This document shows, one piece after another, positions 43,593 to 64,000 of a DNA stretch of 64,000 bases. The stretch's first letter is position 1, and each line of letters opens with the position of its first letter. Source of the stretch: Callorhinchus milii. Lineage: Eukaryota. The notes below the pieces were generated by a model. It was not told the DNA's origin, made no database searches, and worked only from the letters and a program-made list of their open reading frames with translations. The stretch covers positions 3,844,001-3,908,000 of the forward strand of contig NW_024704771.1 of the NCBI RefSeq assembly GCF_018977255.1. Reading direction: 5' to 3'. The translations under genes and the position numbers were made by a program.

Positions 43593-44788
43593 CGCTATAT
43601 CAAATGCAAGGATTATTATTATTATTACAGCAAATTCTGTCAAATCACTTTGAGCCGTGAAAAGGCACTGCATCAAAGGCAAGGATAAGAACATTTGCAG
43701 CCGAAAGACCAAGGTCCATCCAGTTCACCTTCCACCATCCTGGCAATCACATGCACAAGTCATGTCACAAACTATATCCTGTATCCCAAGATATTATTCC
43801 CTAAATCATTTTTTTTCCATCAACGGGGTGTCTGACCCACGCGGAAACCCATCACCGTGCGTTAAGAGTCTCCAAACCAAGCTGAGAATTTCATGCATCC
43901 CATCTCCACATGGAAATCACGGCGATCACAAGAACAACAATAAAATTACATTTGTATACACCTTTCACGTTGGGAGGACCAGTGCTTTGGGACGTCCTCC
44001 CGACGTGAAAGGCGCTCTATGAATGTAATTGTGTTGTTTGTCGTTGTTGAGGACGTCAGTGTTGGACGGTCGGTGTTTCAGACCCGAGCTGGGGGTCGGG
44101 ATTGGAGAGGCAGGGGTTGAAGCAGGGTGAGGTAGAGGAGAAACCATTTGTGGAGTTTAGGCAATAAACCCTTTAAAAAATTTGGACACTCACTCAATCC
44201 ACGACTGTTTGTGGGACATTGCTCTGTGCGATTGGTCGCCCACAAAATACACAGTCGATCCACTTGACACTATATTCTGTGAAGCAATTTGAGACACACT
44301 AAACACACTGCACACACATATCACACACACCACACACACACACACACTAAACACACTGCACACACGTATCACACACACCACACACACACACTAAACACAC
44401 TGCACACACGTATGTCACACACACACACAAACTAAACACACTTCACACACATATTACACACACACACATACATCACACACACAGCCCAGCTGATTTTTTA
44501 CCAAATGTGTCATTTATTAAATTGTCCGTTCAATACAAAATTAGTTCAAATCAGAACTAAATAGAAAATGCACAGTCACTACACTTTACATTATATCCTG
44601 TGAAGCACTCTGAGAGTCTCAATCATGTGACAAGACTCTGTACCAAATGTAAGGCTTATTATTATTGTTGTATCAGATACACGGATTTCTATTATTATTA
44701 TTAATTGTCCCTGTGTGTGTGTTTGGTCTCCGAGACGCCACTCGCACGTGAAGGGGGATACAGTTCTGGTTGTTGTTTGTCTCAACTC

Positions 44789-54289
<9,501 letters not shown>

Positions 54290-56796
54290 GGTGGGCGAGC
54301 AGGGAATGGGAGCTCAACTCAGCCTGACAGCATCTACCCTCACTCCCTCGCTCTCTCTCTATCCCTCCTCCCTTCCTCTCTCGCTCTATCCCTCCTCCCT
54401 CTCTCTCTGTCCCTCCTCACTTCCACTTATAAGGACACAATCACATGACAACATTCACTCCCTCTGCCCTTTACACACACCGCCAAACAGCTAACGCAGC
54501 ATTTCTAAAGCCGGGAGGGTCCGATGGCAAAGACAATTGACAAAATACAACTTGTAATCGCACAGTGCCGTTCAGACAGAGCAATAATTATTATGTAATA
54601 AATGCAAGGATTATTATTATCATTATTATTACGGTTGTGTTCTCAAGTAGGGCACCAAACAGTGACCTGATATTCCCTTTTGTGCAATAGAATTTACAGC
54701 ATTTGTCTCAGATTTCGCCTCTGGCACGCAAGACTGAACTGCGATGATTTACAAGTCGGTCATGTATTATAATAGCCTCTCACCTAATTACATGTGGTAA
54801 GGCAAGTGGTTAAATGACGCAGCTACGGGACTCCACTGTAAAGTGTTCTGATGGTGTTTTGTAGGTGAGAGTGCCAACTTCTACCTTTATGGCTTTGTCG
54901 AAACTTTGACCGACATTTGAGAGCTTGAGTGTACAGTTATTTGCTGTGCCCATAATAATGCAATCAATAAAGATGTGCGTGGAAGTGGTTGACCTGTGAA
55001 TGAATTATGGGCACAGTTTTGAGACGTCTCACCGACAGGATGAGTCTCCTCGCCGGCCTTCCCGGCACCTCCCTCCACAAGCTGCAGGTCATTCAGAACT
55101 CTGCAGCTCGTGTACTGTCCCGCACCAGGCTTCGGGAACACATCACTCCCACCCTCGCTCGCCTCCACTGGCTCCCCATCCCCCAGAGGGTCGAATTCAA
55201 GATCCTCATCCTCACCTACAAGGCCATTCACGGCCTCGCTCCCTCCTACCTCTCCAACCTACTATCCCCCTACCTACCTGCCCGTACCCTCCGTTCCTCT
55301 GGCTCCGGTCTGCTCCACATCCCCCGCCCCAACCGCCCTACCATCGGTGGCCGGGCCTTCAGCCTCTCAGCCCCGAGGCTCTGGAATTCCATCCCCCAGT
55401 GCCTTCGTCGCTTCCTCCATTTCCTCCTTCAAAGCCGGTCTCAAGACCTTCCTCTTCGACCGTGCCTTCAGCTCCCCTCTCGACTCTCTACCCCCTCCTC
55501 GCTCCCTCCCTTCCCTCCCCTCACCCTGACCCTTCTCAGGTCCTGACCCAAACGTCCCGACGTGAAAGGCACTCTATAAATATAATGTTGTTGTTGTTGA
55601 AGCGCTATATCAAATGCAAGGATTATTATTATTATTACAGCAAATTCTGTCAAATCACTTTGAGCCGTGAAAAGGCACTGCATCAAAGGCAAGGATAAGA
55701 ACATTTGCAGCCGAAAGACCAAGGTCCATCCAGTTCACCTTCCACCATCCTGGCAATCACATGCACAAGTCATGTCACAAACTATATCCTGTATCCCAAG
55801 ATATTATTCCCTAAATCATTTTTTTTCCATCAACGGGGTGTCTGACCCACGCGGAAACCCATCACCGTGCGTTAAGAGTCTCCAAACCAAGCTGAGAATT
55901 TCATGCATCCCATCTCCACATGGAAATCACGGAGATCACAAGAACAACAATAAAATTACATTTGTATACACCTTTCACGTTGGGAGGACCAGTGCTTTGG
56001 GACGTCCTCCCGACGTGAAAGGCGCTCTATGAATGTAATTGTGTTGTTTGTCGTTGTTGAGGACGTCAGTGTTGGACGGTCGGTGTTTCAGACCCGAGCT
56101 GGGGGTCGGGATTGGAGAGGCAGGGGTTGAAGCAGGGTGAGGTAGAGGAGAAACCATTTGTGGAGTTTAGGCAATAAACCCTTTAAAAAATTTGGACACT
56201 CACTCAATCCACGACTGTTTGTGGGACATTGCTCTGTGCGATTGGTCGCCCACAAAATACACAGTCGATCCACTTGACACTATATTCTGTGAAGCAATTT
56301 GAGACACACTAAACACACCACACACATATCACACACACCACACACACACACACTAAACACACTGCACACACATATCACACACACCACACACACACACACT
56401 AAACACACTGCACACACGTATGTCACACACACACACAAACTAAACACACTTCACACACATATTACACACACACACATACATCACACACACAGCCCAGCTG
56501 ATTTTTTACCAAATGTGTCATTTATTAAATTGTCCGTTCAATACAAAATTAGTTCAAATCAGAACTAAATAGAAAATGCACAGTCACTACACTTTACATT
56601 ATATCCTGTGAAGCACTCTGAGAGTCTCAATCATGTGACAAGACTCTGTACCAAATGTAAGGCTTATTATTATTGTTGTATCAGATACACGGATTTCTAT
56701 TATTATTATTAATTGTCCCTGTGTGTGTGTTTGGTCTCCGAGACGCCACTCGCACGTGAAGGGGGATACAGTTCTGGTTGTTGTTTGTCTCAACTC

Positions 56797-63258
<6,462 letters not shown>

Positions 63259-64000
63259 CTGGAGGGAGAGACCAGTATAAGATAAAATGTAAAGTGCAGT
63301 GACTGTGTGTTTTACAGCCACGCGGGGCAAACATTAGGCAAGTTTCCTTACTCCACGCGCCTCTGTTTACCCGGCAGTAATTAGGAACCCGGTTGTTAGT
63401 CGATTGGCGGATCCCTTTCTGGGGGAAACATTCCCTCTAAAAAAATGTGGTCACTCAATGTTTGCGGGACACTGCTGCGCGCAATTGGCAGCTGCAAATG
63501 CATTTGAGACGTCTCAAAGCGCTTCACAGAATATATTGTAAAGTGGAGCGTTCTGTGTATGACGGTGTATTCTGTGGTGTATTCAATATTCATATTACCC
63601 CTGGAAAGTGATCTGCCAATCGACTAACTACGGGGCTGCTTCTTACTGCTGGATAAACAGAGGCGTCTGTGTGCGTGTGTGTGTGTGTGTGTGGTGGTGG
63701 GAGGGGGGGGGGGGTTTGGTGGGTAGAGGGGTTGTGTGTGTCTTTGTTTGTGTGGGGTGTGTGTGTGTCTGTGGTGTGTGTCTCTGTGTGTGGGGCGTGT
63801 GTCTACATGTGTGGCAGGCATGTGTGTCTGTACATGTAGGGCGTGTGTGTGCGGGGTATGCGTACGTACGGAGTCTGTGTGTGGGGAGGGGATTGTGAGT
63901 GTGGGGGGTGTGTGTGGGGGGGGGGGCGTTTGTCTGTGTGTGGGGTATGTGTGTGTGTGGAGGGGGGGCATCTGTGTGAGTGTGGGGTTTGTGTGTGGGG

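Overview
Intron-rich vertebrate genomic DNA, most likely from a cartilaginous fish (inferred from the SINE/CR1/Penelope repertoire), and very rich in repeats. The + strand carries three immune-receptor genes. The first is the 3' half of a butyrophilin-like gene (TM, two micro-exons, B30.2; 1860-6756). The second is a complete 7-exon butyrophilin-like gene (IgV-IgC-TM-B30.2, 475 aa; 12774-18797) with a candidate ISRE-containing promoter at about 10.4 kb. The third is a complete CD2/SLAM-family receptor (V-C2-TM, 271 aa, no tyrosine motif in its tail; 23434-27829) that has a duplicated alternative last exon. A pair of CTCF-like motifs and a CpG-rich zone follow. The - strand then carries a tandem array of three 9-exon CYP2-family (CYP2K-like) P450 genes with a period of about 12 kb. 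Copies 1 and 2 are intact (500 aa) and nearly identical. Copy 2 is a mosaic with a crossover window over exon 9. Copy 3 has no exon 1 in the window, differs mainly at substrate-recognition sites, and has a 1-nt frameshift in exon 8. The rest is L2, CR1 and Penelope fragments, two tRNA-derived SINE families, minisatellites and three N gaps. All exon calls were made by eye from splice sites, phase and protein motifs. No database search was run.
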